This document shows positions 18,038 through 25,913 of a stretch of DNA of 35,866 nt, piece after piece. Both the position numbers and the translations under genes were made by a program. Source of the stretch: a virus. The stretch is from the IMG/VR virus record IMGVR_UViG_3300030098_000917, positions 1-35,866 of that record; one strand, given 5' to 3'. The notes under the pieces were generated by a model that worked only from the letters and a program-made list of their open reading frames with translations, ran no database searches and was not told the DNA's origin. The first letter of the stretch is position 1; every line of letters begins with the position of its first letter.

Positions 18038-18232
18038 TCACGAAGTTGCCTTCTTCAGAGTGAGACGAGCACCGGTGTAGCCAAGGGCCACAAGTGCTGC
18101 CTCAACGAGGCCGACGACCTGAGCGGCAGTGCCTTCCAGGTTGAAGGTGCCAGAGGCCACGAGGGCTCCGAGCACAACAGCAATCAAGCTCATCCAAAAC
18201 TCAGTCGTCTTGTATCCAGGTTTGTTGTCCAC
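18038..18232 (-). CDS. Two-TM small membrane protein, holin-like (64 aa)
   Basis: MDNKPGYKTTEFW is followed by two hydrophobic helices, MSLIAVVLGALVASG and AAQVVGLVEAALVALGY, and a basic C-terminus KKATS. Confidence 0.55.
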   Translation of the reverse strand: MDNKPGYKTTEFWMSLIAVVLGALVASGTFNLEGTAAQVVGLVEAALVALGYTGARLTLKKATS

Positions 18233-18244
18233 GGTCAGTTCTCC

Positions 18245-19045
18245 TTACTGGAGGTTGGAAACCGCCAGGCGGTTTGTAACGTCGGCCCGATAGGCCGGGT
18301 CGGTTTGATAGCGAGCGTCCTTCATCGCGGCGGTAACTTCCGCCCAGGACCGATAGGCGTTGGCAGCTCCGATGGAACCGACTTCGCCAGCGATGAGGTT
18401 GGGGCGGCCTTCCGCCTGCTGAAAGCGAGCGTAAAGACCCTGAATGTTCATCATGATGGTGTTCTGATCCCCTGACTCCATGGCGGCGTCATAGGCATCA
18501 ATCTCGGCCTCGGAAAGGTTCTTCGTGGCCCACTCAGTCAGTTGGTTGTAGGCTTCCTGGCCGCCGACAGCACCGAGCAGTTCATTCTGATACTGCTGGC
18601 CTAGTGCCTTTTGCCCTTCCACATACGCCTCAACAAGTTCCCGAGGAAGCCCACGGGACTCCAGATCAGCGTAAGTAGCATCGGAGAGGTTGCCGTCTTG
18701 CAGCACTTGGTCGGAGAAGTCTTGCAACTCGTCTGCGGACACGAGGCCACCCTCTTGCCCTTGGGGCAGTGGTGACTCTTCGGACATCGGGTCGCCCTCT
18801 GAAGGCATACCCGATCGCATTCTTTCGAGTTCCATGTAAGACTGTGCCAGGGCTTCAACATCAACGGTCCCATCTTGCGTAATGAACTTATCTGGGACGC
18901 CGGGGGACGATTGGTAGGAAGGTTGTTCGGTTTGCCCTTGCGGCGAGACTTCCTGCTCATTCGGCTGAGAGCCCTCATAGATAGGTTGGTTTGGGGCTTC
19001 AGGTCCGGTGACCTCGCCCTGTACTTGCATTCTTTCGGATTCCAT
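18245..19045 (-). CDS. Scaffolding protein (T7 gp9-like)
   Basis: 266 aa acidic, Q/E-rich protein between the portal and capsid genes. Confidence 0.7.
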   Translation of the reverse strand: MESERMQVQGEVTGPEAPNQPIYEGSQPNEQEVSPQGQTEQPSYQSSPGVPDKFITQDGTVDVEALAQSYMELERMRSGMPSEGDPMSEESPLPQGQEGGLVSADELQDFSDQVLQDGNLSDATYADLESRGLPRELVEAYVEGQKALGQQYQNELLGAVGGQEAYNQLTEWATKNLSEAEIDAYDAAMESGDQNTIMMNIQGLYARFQQAEGRPNLIAGEVGSIGAANAYRSWAEVTAAMKDARYQTDPAYRADVTNRLAVSNLQ

Positions 19046-19050
19046 AGTCC

Positions 19051-20604
19051 CTATGCCTCATCTACTGGGGGTTGTGCGGCCTGCTGGTTCATCGCGTCGA
19101 TGACCTGAGGCCCGAAGGTCTGAGCAGCCTGCATCATCATAGCTTGCTGCTGTTCAGCTTGAATCTGCTCCTCGGACTTAATGAGACCATCAGTCTCAAT
19201 GCCAAGGGCCATGGCTCTGCGGTCCATGTATTCCCGCATGTCCACGAACTGGCCAAGTGCCTCGGGGCCAAGGAGTTGTCCAATGCCCACGAGGAACTCA
19301 TCCATCTTGTTGAGATCGTTGCCTCGTCCCAGCGCCTCCACGCCTGTAATGATGGCGGGGTGCACAAGGTCAGAGGGGAGTTCTGGGAGTCGCTGATCGC
19401 GTTGCATCTGATCCATGAGCCTCTGAACCAGAGGCATCTGGAACTCCTGGCTGAGGACTGAATAGATGCCGCCCAGCGACCGCTCGATGCTTTGGGTGAC
19501 CAGGCGGACTTCAGCCGCCGTCACTCGATCAGCATTTCGGATGGCGTTGTCCGTCAGAAGGAACGCATACGAAAGACGATCAGAGATCGTTTGAATCGTT
19601 TGGTATGCAATCGACAGATCCGCCGCTTTATTGAGCTGTAGAACGGAGACGTCACCAGCCGATCCTTCAACAATCGCACCATTTGGGGCCTCCGCGAGAA
19701 CACGGGATCGGGTGACCCCATTGGGTGAAACCATGAACAAGACTTTGGCGGCTGCCGCACTGGCCTCGACGATGGACATCGTGAGGCTCTCAAGGCTCTT
19801 GAGGTCGCCGATGTACTGCTCGACAAATCCTCGGCCGTAGTCTTCACCTTCAGTCCGGGACATACGCAGGACGATGTAGGGGCTCTTATCAGCCTCAAAG
19901 GTTCCGTAGGAGCCCGGAACCACAGATCCGCCTACCTCCTGGTAGACCTCGATCTTCCCATCATCCTGCGTTTTGATGCAGGTGTAGATGTCAACAGACT
20001 TATCGGGACTGGTGGCATTCATGTCCTGAGAGGCGAGAGGCTGGGCCTCAGGCGGAAGCAGCTCAGGAGAAATGGACTCCTTGGTGATGATCTTCCGAGG
20101 ATTGCCCATCGCATCCCTCTTGACGACGTAGCGGTCAAGATGGAGCACCCGCATTCCTCCGCCCTCAGGCATGTGGAGGCATACGTTTCCGGTGACGATC
20201 AGGTGCCTAAGGGCCTCAAAGGCGTGGACCCGTAGGGCCTGGGTCTCGATCTCAGACATGACGGCCCGTTCGATCTTGGAGAGAGCCCCCTCGATCTGGG
20301 TCTTCATCTCAGCCCCGCCCCGCTGCCCTTCCATCTCGTTGAGAGCCGTCTGATCAATGACCAGGCGGAAGAAGGGAGCGTTGGGGGGCAGGAGGCTCAG
20401 GAGCAAGGCCGACGCCAAGTTGTTGACCCCGCGAGCGCCCACGCTCTGGTAGGGCGTCGGCAGGCGGCTAGAGGCGTTGTGGCCCTCTTCCGTCATAATT
20501 GTCGGAATCGTGAGCTTTGACGCATCTCGGGCCCGCGTGATGTAGGGGTCTCGAAGGGCACCGAGCCTGGTGTATTCGCTCTGTGCTGAGCCTTTGGTGA
20601 TCAT
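19051..20604 (-). CDS. Portal / head-tail connector (T7 gp8-like)
   Basis: 517 aa. The N-terminus ...LRDPYITRARDASKLTIPTIM...PYQSVGARGVNNLASALLLSLLPPNAPFFRL is the typical T7-like portal signature. Confidence 0.9.
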   Translation of the reverse strand: MITKGSAQSEYTRLGALRDPYITRARDASKLTIPTIMTEEGHNASSRLPTPYQSVGARGVNNLASALLLSLLPPNAPFFRLVIDQTALNEMEGQRGGAEMKTQIEGALSKIERAVMSEIETQALRVHAFEALRHLIVTGNVCLHMPEGGGMRVLHLDRYVVKRDAMGNPRKIITKESISPELLPPEAQPLASQDMNATSPDKSVDIYTCIKTQDDGKIEVYQEVGGSVVPGSYGTFEADKSPYIVLRMSRTEGEDYGRGFVEQYIGDLKSLESLTMSIVEASAAAAKVLFMVSPNGVTRSRVLAEAPNGAIVEGSAGDVSVLQLNKAADLSIAYQTIQTISDRLSYAFLLTDNAIRNADRVTAAEVRLVTQSIERSLGGIYSVLSQEFQMPLVQRLMDQMQRDQRLPELPSDLVHPAIITGVEALGRGNDLNKMDEFLVGIGQLLGPEALGQFVDMREYMDRRAMALGIETDGLIKSEEQIQAEQQQAMMMQAAQTFGPQVIDAMNQQAAQPPVDEA

Positions 20605-20615
20605 GGAGGGGCCCT

Positions 20616-20879
20616 TTAGATGTCAAGTCCGTAGCCAGACTTCGGGATTCGGAGCGCACTCTTGCCCCGTTTGCGGCGGATGGACAGATCTCCACTTCGG
20701 GCCGCAATCATCTCTTTCGTATTGGTACGAGGGGCCGCCCCAAGACGTTCCGCTGACCTGTTCGGGGCCGGGGCCGGGGGCGGAGGGGGAGCCATTACCG
20801 GCTCTGGCGGCGGCGGCGGAGGAGGCGGCGGGGGTGGCGGTGGCGGGGGGGCGCTAATGCTTGGTGAGGATAGACACAT
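20616..20879 (-). CDS. Proline-rich small protein with a 16-residue poly-Pro run (87 aa)
   Basis: ATG at 20879 overlaps the upstream stop by 1 nt (TGATG). The sequence is MCLSSPSISA-P16-EPVMAPPPPPAPAP... followed by a basic C-terminus. Mixed Pro codons (CCC, CCG, CCA, CCT) are used. Confidence 0.55.
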   Translation of the reverse strand: MCLSSPSISAPPPPPPPPPPPPPPPEPVMAPPPPPAPAPNRSAERLGAAPRTNTKEMIAARSGDLSIRRKRGKSALRIPKSGYGLDI

Positions 20880-21073
20880 CACTCTGCTCCTAAGATTGTT
20901 TCGTTCTGCCTCTTGTGCTGCTCAATGAGGAAATCAACGACTGCCCGTTGGCCCGCCCGGAACCACACCATGCGGTCGGTATCATCAAGCCGAGGACTTT
21001 GGTCAGGAAACATCTCATCCAGAGCCTTTAACAAAGCATTTGGGATGGTTGGGATTCCTTCCATAAGGATCAC
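20879..21073 (-). CDS. Hypothetical protein (64 aa)
   Basis: Minus-strand ORF coupled at both ends to its neighbours, by an ATGA overlap at 21070..21073 and by TGATG at 20879. Confidence 0.5.
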   Translation of the reverse strand: MILMEGIPTIPNALLKALDEMFPDQSPRLDDTDRMVWFRAGQRAVVDFLIEQHKRQNETILGAE

Positions 21074-21417
21074 CCCCCTCGTTTATTGGCCTGAGAATCC
21101 ACATAAGCGGCCAACAGGCAGATGTAGTTAATGACATCGACGCAGGTGTCCTCGAAGCTCTCGTCTGACACCTGGAACGTGCCGGTCTTGCAGAAACCAG
21201 CAAGCCTTTTCATCTTGTCGGCCAGCCTCACCATGAAGCCCTGCTCCGTGGTGACCCCCATTCCCATCTCCTCCACGAACATGAAGTTCTGGAAGGGATT
21301 GGAACCATCCTCGCCGCCCGAGTAGTCGTGGTTCTTGGCCATCGAGAGCTCGCGGGCCTTATCGCACAGAGCGGCGTGGAAGGCGAAATACTGTTCTCGG
21401 TTCATGCGGGACTCCAT
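21070..21417 (-). CDS. DUF1599-like protein (nucleotide-modification-associated domain 1 family)
   Basis: The start is trimmed to MESRMNREQ (ATG 21417), 7 nt after AGGAGG. The pattern ...KNHDYSGG...NPFQNF...RLADKMKRL...SDESFEDTCVDVINYICLL matches DUF1599 as I remember it. Confidence 0.6.
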   Translation of the reverse strand: MESRMNREQYFAFHAALCDKARELSMAKNHDYSGGEDGSNPFQNFMFVEEMGMGVTTEQGFMVRLADKMKRLAGFCKTGTFQVSDESFEDTCVDVINYICLLAAYVDSQANKRGG

Positions 21418-22127
21418 AACTTCACCTCCTCTGTGATTGCGTTCCATTCATCTACCCGGAGAATCCGGGCCACACGGGCCTGGGTCAGGGCGACCTCCTC
21501 GCTGAGACCGGCCCTCTCGTAGGCCCCGACGACCTCATCCCACGTATTCTCTTCAAGGATCTTTCGAGCCGTGACCGGGCCAACCTTGGGGCAGCCTGGG
21601 TAGTTGTCTGTCCGGTCGCCCGAGAGGGTCTGGATCAGGTGATTCCGATCCGCCTCTTCCTTATCAATCCATGTGATCTTGTCGTGCATGGGCTGGTAGA
21701 GCCAGCCAGGGATGCTCATCATGTCCTTGTCGTCAGAGGCGATGATGGTCCGATCAGTCTGGAGGATGCCCAGAACATCGTCAGCCTCTAGGTTCGAGAA
21801 GCAGGCTGTTTGGTATTCACTCTCCAGCCACTCCCGAAGCGGGTTGTAGACGACCGGCTTCCGCTTGCCCTTCCGGTTCCCCTTGTAGGGCTCGTAGATG
21901 TCCTTCCGCCAGTTGTGCGAAGGATCTGACAAGGCCACGAGGTTCTGATCGCACTCGGTCCTTGTCTCCCATTCTTCAATCCGGTTCTGGAGCATCTGCT
22001 GGGCTTGCTTGAAATCAGCGGTCAGTGACCACCAATCGTTGCCCCAGTGGATTGGTTCTTCCACAGCAACGGCCACCTGATACAGCAACAGGTCTCCATC
22101 AATGAGCATGGTCGGCATCGTCATCAT
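21402..22127 (-). CDS. 5'-3' exonuclease (T7 gp6-like, FEN/PIN fold)
   Basis: 241 aa. Supporting segments are LIDGDLLLYQ, YKGNRKGKRKP, LEADDVLG and IASDDKDM. Synteny (downstream of the DNA polymerase) agrees. Confidence 0.8.
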   Translation of the reverse strand: MMTMPTMLIDGDLLLYQVAVAVEEPIHWGNDWWSLTADFKQAQQMLQNRIEEWETRTECDQNLVALSDPSHNWRKDIYEPYKGNRKGKRKPVVYNPLREWLESEYQTACFSNLEADDVLGILQTDRTIIASDDKDMMSIPGWLYQPMHDKITWIDKEEADRNHLIQTLSGDRTDNYPGCPKVGPVTARKILEENTWDEVVGAYERAGLSEEVALTQARVARILRVDEWNAITEEVKLWSPA

Positions 22128-22320
22128 CTCCTTCCCGAGCCAGTACCATCAAACGGCCTACTTCAATCAGGCCGAGGCAGCCGTGAAAGCTGCCCGCATA
22201 CGCAAACAATAGATTGTCATCATCGGCAGTTCGGTTGACTGCACCCAAGAAAACCATGGTGTCGAGCCGCTTCTGGAGTTCCTTCAGCAGCTTCGCGGTT
22301 TCAACGAACTCAAGACTCAA
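22099..22320 (-). CDS. Hypothetical protein (73 aa)
   Basis: Minus-strand ORF bridging the nuclease and exonuclease genes with short overlaps. The C-terminus is acidic. Confidence 0.45.
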   Translation of the reverse strand: MSLEFVETAKLLKELQKRLDTMVFLGAVNRTADDDNLLFAYAGSFHGCLGLIEVGRLMVLAREGDDDDADHAH

Positions 22321-22702
22321 GGCTCACCTCGTATTTCCCCCACCCATAATCTCGTTCAAAAGCACCCCCAACCTTTTCCAGATACAGGGTTGCCTTGCCT
22401 GGGAGTTCCTCGAAAGGAATGATCCACATCCTGGATGGCCCCTCAACCACGGCCAAGATGTCAAAGTCTCCAGGCTTGTATGTGTTGTTTCCCCCCAGGC
22501 GGACCCGAGTGTATGTGGAGCCGGATTTTGTCCAGACCCCAGCCGCTTTAACTTGGACCCGTTTGGTCTCCTCTCCCTTGACCATGACGAAATCACACGG
22601 ACTGGTTCCGGTTGGGGTCCAGAAGAGTTCCCAACCTTGGGACGAAAAGTAGGCGGCGGCCATATATTCAGCGGCCGAGCCCTTTCGATGGTGCGGGTGC
22701 AT
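22310..22702 (-). CDS. PD-(D/E)XK endonuclease (I-Ssp6803I / PDDEXK_5-like)
   Basis: The start is trimmed to MHPHHRKGS (ATG 22702), 6 nt after AAAGGA. The pattern is GSAAEYMAAAYFSSQGWELFWTP...CDFVMVKGEETKRVQVK...FDILAVV...MWIIPFEE. Confidence 0.6.
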   Translation of the reverse strand: MHPHHRKGSAAEYMAAAYFSSQGWELFWTPTGTSPCDFVMVKGEETKRVQVKAAGVWTKSGSTYTRVRLGGNNTYKPGDFDILAVVEGPSRMWIIPFEELPGKATLYLEKVGGAFERDYGWGKYEVSLES

Positions 22703-22715
22703 TGGAGTCCTTTCA

Positions 22716-24518
22716 TCAATGCGTCTCCGACCAATCCCTTCCGATCTTGTATTCCCCATCGAGGGAACACTTGAATCCAAAGGGTGTCCCAGCTGTCCTG
22801 ATTGCTCTGACTGTAAGTTCCCCCACAGTGTTAGCGTGTGCCTTGGAGACCTCGTACTGGATCTCATCGTGAATGTGAGCCACCTGATGAGCCTTTACTT
22901 TCTCTTTCCGGTGGAGCCTATGAGCATCGACTGTGGCCTGCTTCATCAGCACCGCACCCGCACACTGCAACAGGGCGTTGAGTGCGGCGTGCTTCGAGCG
23001 AATGGGGATGTGCCGACCGTCCAGGCCGATCAAGTACCCACGGCTCTTGACCTTCTCGTCGATAGCAGTCTTCAGATGCTTCAAGGCAGGCATCTTCTTC
23101 AGGAACCGGGTCATCAATCGCTGGCCTTCCTTGGCCCCTCCGCCCACGATTGAACCGATCTTCTGAGGCCCGGCTCCGTAGAGCCAAGCGTAAATAAACG
23201 TCTTTGCATCGTCACGGTTTGGCAGCCCCGCCGCCTTCTGGTTGGCGGTGTGGATGTCACCCTCGACAATGATGTCGGCATAGATGCCGCCGTCGTAGCG
23301 AGCGAGGTAGTGAGCGAGGCATCGGAGCTCCAACCCTGAAGCATCCACGCCTACAAGAACCTTGTCCTCCCCAGCCACAAACAGGCCGCGACACTCCTTG
23401 CCATAGGGTGCGTATACCGCAGGCACCTGTGCGACGTTCGGCCTGGAATGCGAGCAGCGACTTGTCACCGTGCCCATGGTGTTGACCCGGCCGTAGATGC
23501 GGCCCCGCTCCTCAAGCTTCAGCCACGCTTCCTTGCCCTCAGCCAGTTGGCCAATGCGCTTGGAGATCGTCAGGTAGTCCACCAGCATCTTGGCCTCTTC
23601 GTGTGGAAGGGCCTTGAGGATGGACTCGTCAACCTGGGGCTGCCCGTTGGGCGTAAAGGTCTCAGGCTTCCAGCCATACTTCTCCATCAGACAGCGGGCA
23701 ATCTGTTGGCGGCTGTCAGGGTTGAACGGCTTGACCTTCTCCTTCGGCGGCCCCTTGCGAATGCTGGCATCCTTGTGCCCAGCCTTCTTGGCTGCGGTCT
23801 TCGTCGGGTACTTCTCGCCGCCTGCCATCCAATGTGCCGGGGTCTTCATAACCTCCACGACAGGTGGGAAAGAGGCAACCAGCTGCTTCCGCAGACTTGT
23901 CCGTTGTTCCGACAGGCCGCCGTACAGTTCAGCCGCCCTCTCGACATCAAACCCGAAGCCGTGCCGCTCCTGCTCCTGAATGCAGGTGGCAAACAGGTGC
24001 TCAAGCACAATCGACTCAGGGGTCAGGTGGAGTTTCGATATCTGGTCGTAGAGCTTCTCGGTGACCACGGTGTCCTGGATGCAATACTCAAGCATCTCAT
24101 CCGTGAGTTCATCCCAGCCCCCCTTGTAGTCACCCTTGTACTCCCCGAGCCGGTGACCCCAGGCTTCCAGAGAATGACGGCCGACAAGGTTCCGGGGGAA
24201 GTCGGCGATGTGGTAGTCCTTGTCCTTCTGATCCGGGTAGGCCAGTCGAGCCATCACCACCGTGTCTCGCACCAGCCCCTTGGGACGCCAGCCCTCATAG
24301 AGCTTCTGGATCGCAGGGATGTCGAAGCCGAGGACGTTGTGACCGACGATGACGTCCTGATCTTGCAGGAAGTGAAGGCCGGTCACGATGTCATCGTCCG
24401 TGTAGGTGTAGCACTCACCCCCATGCCGAATGACCAGGCAATGAATCTTCGACAAGCCTTCCAAGGTTCGGAAGTTGTCGATGGCCGTGGTCTCGATGTC
24501 AAAGATGGTGGGGGTCAT
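22716..24518 (-). CDS. DNA polymerase, family A (T7 gp5-like) with a 3'-5' exonuclease domain
   Basis: The start is trimmed to MTPTIFDIETT, which has an ATGA overlap with the upstream ORF. Exo motifs are FDIETT and HNVLGFD. Polymerase motif A is VGVDASGLELR, motif B is RDDAKTFIYAWLYGAG and motif C is VAHIHDEIQYE. Confidence 0.92.
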   Translation of the reverse strand: MTPTIFDIETTAIDNFRTLEGLSKIHCLVIRHGGECYTYTDDDIVTGLHFLQDQDVIVGHNVLGFDIPAIQKLYEGWRPKGLVRDTVVMARLAYPDQKDKDYHIADFPRNLVGRHSLEAWGHRLGEYKGDYKGGWDELTDEMLEYCIQDTVVTEKLYDQISKLHLTPESIVLEHLFATCIQEQERHGFGFDVERAAELYGGLSEQRTSLRKQLVASFPPVVEVMKTPAHWMAGGEKYPTKTAAKKAGHKDASIRKGPPKEKVKPFNPDSRQQIARCLMEKYGWKPETFTPNGQPQVDESILKALPHEEAKMLVDYLTISKRIGQLAEGKEAWLKLEERGRIYGRVNTMGTVTSRCSHSRPNVAQVPAVYAPYGKECRGLFVAGEDKVLVGVDASGLELRCLAHYLARYDGGIYADIIVEGDIHTANQKAAGLPNRDDAKTFIYAWLYGAGPQKIGSIVGGGAKEGQRLMTRFLKKMPALKHLKTAIDEKVKSRGYLIGLDGRHIPIRSKHAALNALLQCAGAVLMKQATVDAHRLHRKEKVKAHQVAHIHDEIQYEVSKAHANTVGELTVRAIRTAGTPFGFKCSLDGEYKIGRDWSETH

Positions 24519-24733
24519 ACCGTGTCCTCCAAAATCAATGGCGTCTGTTCCCCGCACCAAAGACATCTGACGTTGAAGTCGTAGAACTCAACGGCTTCGT
24601 CGTAGGACATGCCCTGGCCCTGTAGTACCTCCAGAATCTTACGATCTGAGTAGACAGCTAGCGTTGCCCGAGACCATTGGCTTCCAAAACCAAGCAAGGC
24701 GTCGTCGAGTCCGTCTAGTATGTAGGGTGTCAT
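24515..24733 (-). CDS. Hypothetical protein (72 aa) upstream of the DNA polymerase
   Basis: Minus-strand ORF with ATGA overlaps to the neighbouring genes at both ends. Confidence 0.5.
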   Translation of the reverse strand: MTPYILDGLDDALLGFGSQWSRATLAVYSDRKILEVLQGQGMSYDEAVEFYDFNVRCLWCGEQTPLILEDTV

Positions 24734-25641
24734 TGATTGCCTCTGTGGATAGATTCAGCCGAAAGAATAGCCTGCCCAATCAGTTGAGGTATCTGAGGGA
24801 CTACGGCGTTGCCGAGCTGCTTGAGTCGGTCCACCCGATTGGGAACCCCATGAGCCACTCGACCCACGTCGGGTTCAGAGCCCCACTCGTTTGGGATACC
24901 ACCATGGATAAGTTGAGCTGCTTCCCTTTGGATAGGCGGCGTTGAATAGCAGGCATCCCCAGATGGCCTCGGTCCCTCACGTCGCTGGCCTGCGGCGTCG
25001 GCCACATCTTGGCTGGCACTGCCCCCTGAGCCTCGAACGGATCTTTCCCGTTCAGCATTGCCTTGGCTTCCTCTCGACTCAGCTCCCCCGCTTCCACCTT
25101 CTCCCAATCCACATTCGGGCCGCAGTCCTTGTGATCCCTCGCACATGGGGTAGGCCACAATCCAGATCCGGTCGCGGCGGTGAGGAGCGCCAACGGCAGC
25201 AGCGGGTACACAGTGCCATTCAACGCAATACCCGATCGAGCAGAGATTTTGTAAGACCAAGGTAAGCCCTTTAGATCGAAGGGCTGATACGTTTTCAATA
25301 ATTGCCCACGACGGCCGTACATCTCGGACGAGTCGAAACATCTCCGCCCAGAGGCCGGAGCGCTCTCCGATGATCCCTGCTCCTTTACCTGCTCCGCTGA
25401 TGTCCTGGCAGGGGAATCCTCCCGTGATGACTGTTGGAACAATTCCATCTGCTTGGAGTCTTTCACCCGTCAGTTCCTTTATGTCGTCATAGATTGGGGT
25501 ATCGGGCCAATGCTTCCGCAGCACGAGCTGTGCCTTCTCATCCTTCTCGCACATGGCGACAGTCTCGAACCCGCCCGTGCGTTCTAGGCCCAGGCTGAAC
25601 CCCCCGATCCCAGCAAACAAATCAAGAACCTTATGCTTCAT
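24730..25641 (-). CDS. DNA (cytosine-5) methyltransferase with a frame-discordant central region
   Basis: Motif I is DLFAGIGG, motif IV is GGFPCQDIS, motif VI is IIENV, motif VIII is APHRRDRIWIVAY, and the C-terminal motif is RVDRLKQLGNAVVPQ. Between about 25150 and 24900 this frame is G/S/R/E low complexity, while the +1 frame carries WPTP and LNPxWVEWLMGFPxGWT motifs (see findings). Confidence 0.75.
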   Translation of the reverse strand: MKHKVLDLFAGIGGFSLGLERTGGFETVAMCEKDEKAQLVLRKHWPDTPIYDDIKELTGERLQADGIVPTVITGGFPCQDISGAGKGAGIIGERSGLWAEMFRLVRDVRPSWAIIENVSALRSKGLTLVLQNLCSIGYCVEWHCVPAAAVGAPHRRDRIWIVAYPMCEGSQGLRPECGLGEGGSGGAESRGSQGNAERERSVRGSGGSASQDVADAAGQRREGPRPSGDACYSTPPIQREAAQLIHGGIPNEWGSEPDVGRVAHGVPNRVDRLKQLGNAVVPQIPQLIGQAILSAESIHRGNQ

Positions 25642-25913
25642 GGATCTTCCGGCCTTTGTAGGCCCACATTCTCCAGCCAGTCCCGAACGAGGGGGTCGTC
25701 TGCCAATTCCTTCCGCAGCTTCTTAAGAGCCTGATAGGCTATGGCCTGTACTCTTTGTCGGCTGATCGGCGTCCCGGTCGTTAAAGCCAGATAGTCCATG
25801 ATCTCCGTCCAGGTCCAACGCTCTCTGGACGAGAATCCAGTAGGCATCAGTGCTGGCCTTATTCGCTCCTTGGGGTCCGCCATTCCAGATTCGGGCGAGG
25901 GTTTCGTAGTCAT
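25638..25913 (-). CDS. Small HTH DNA-binding protein, sigma-70 region-4-like
   Basis: RERWTWTEIMDYLALTTGTPISRQRVQAIAYQALKKLRKEL resembles a sigma region 4 HTH. It has an ATGA overlap with the methyltransferase start. The true start is uncertain (25913, 25883 or 25847). Confidence 0.55.
   Translation of the reverse strand: MTTKPSPESGMADPKERIRPALMPTGFSSRERWTWTEIMDYLALTTGTPISRQRVQAIAYQALKKLRKELADDPLVRDWLENVGLQRPEDP

Noticed and set aside
20662-20928. Plus-strand ORF with a poly-Gly run
   Set aside because: It is the reverse complement of the poly-Pro tract of the minus-strand ORF, and it runs against the direction of all other genes.
24801-25466. 221-aa ORF in the +1 frame of the methyltransferase, considered as an independent gene
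   Set aside because: Its 5' two thirds overlap genuine methyltransferase motifs in the other frame and look like junk. Only its 3' part carries real methyltransferase-type motifs. I interpret it as the displaced central segment of the same gene (see findings), not a separate gene.
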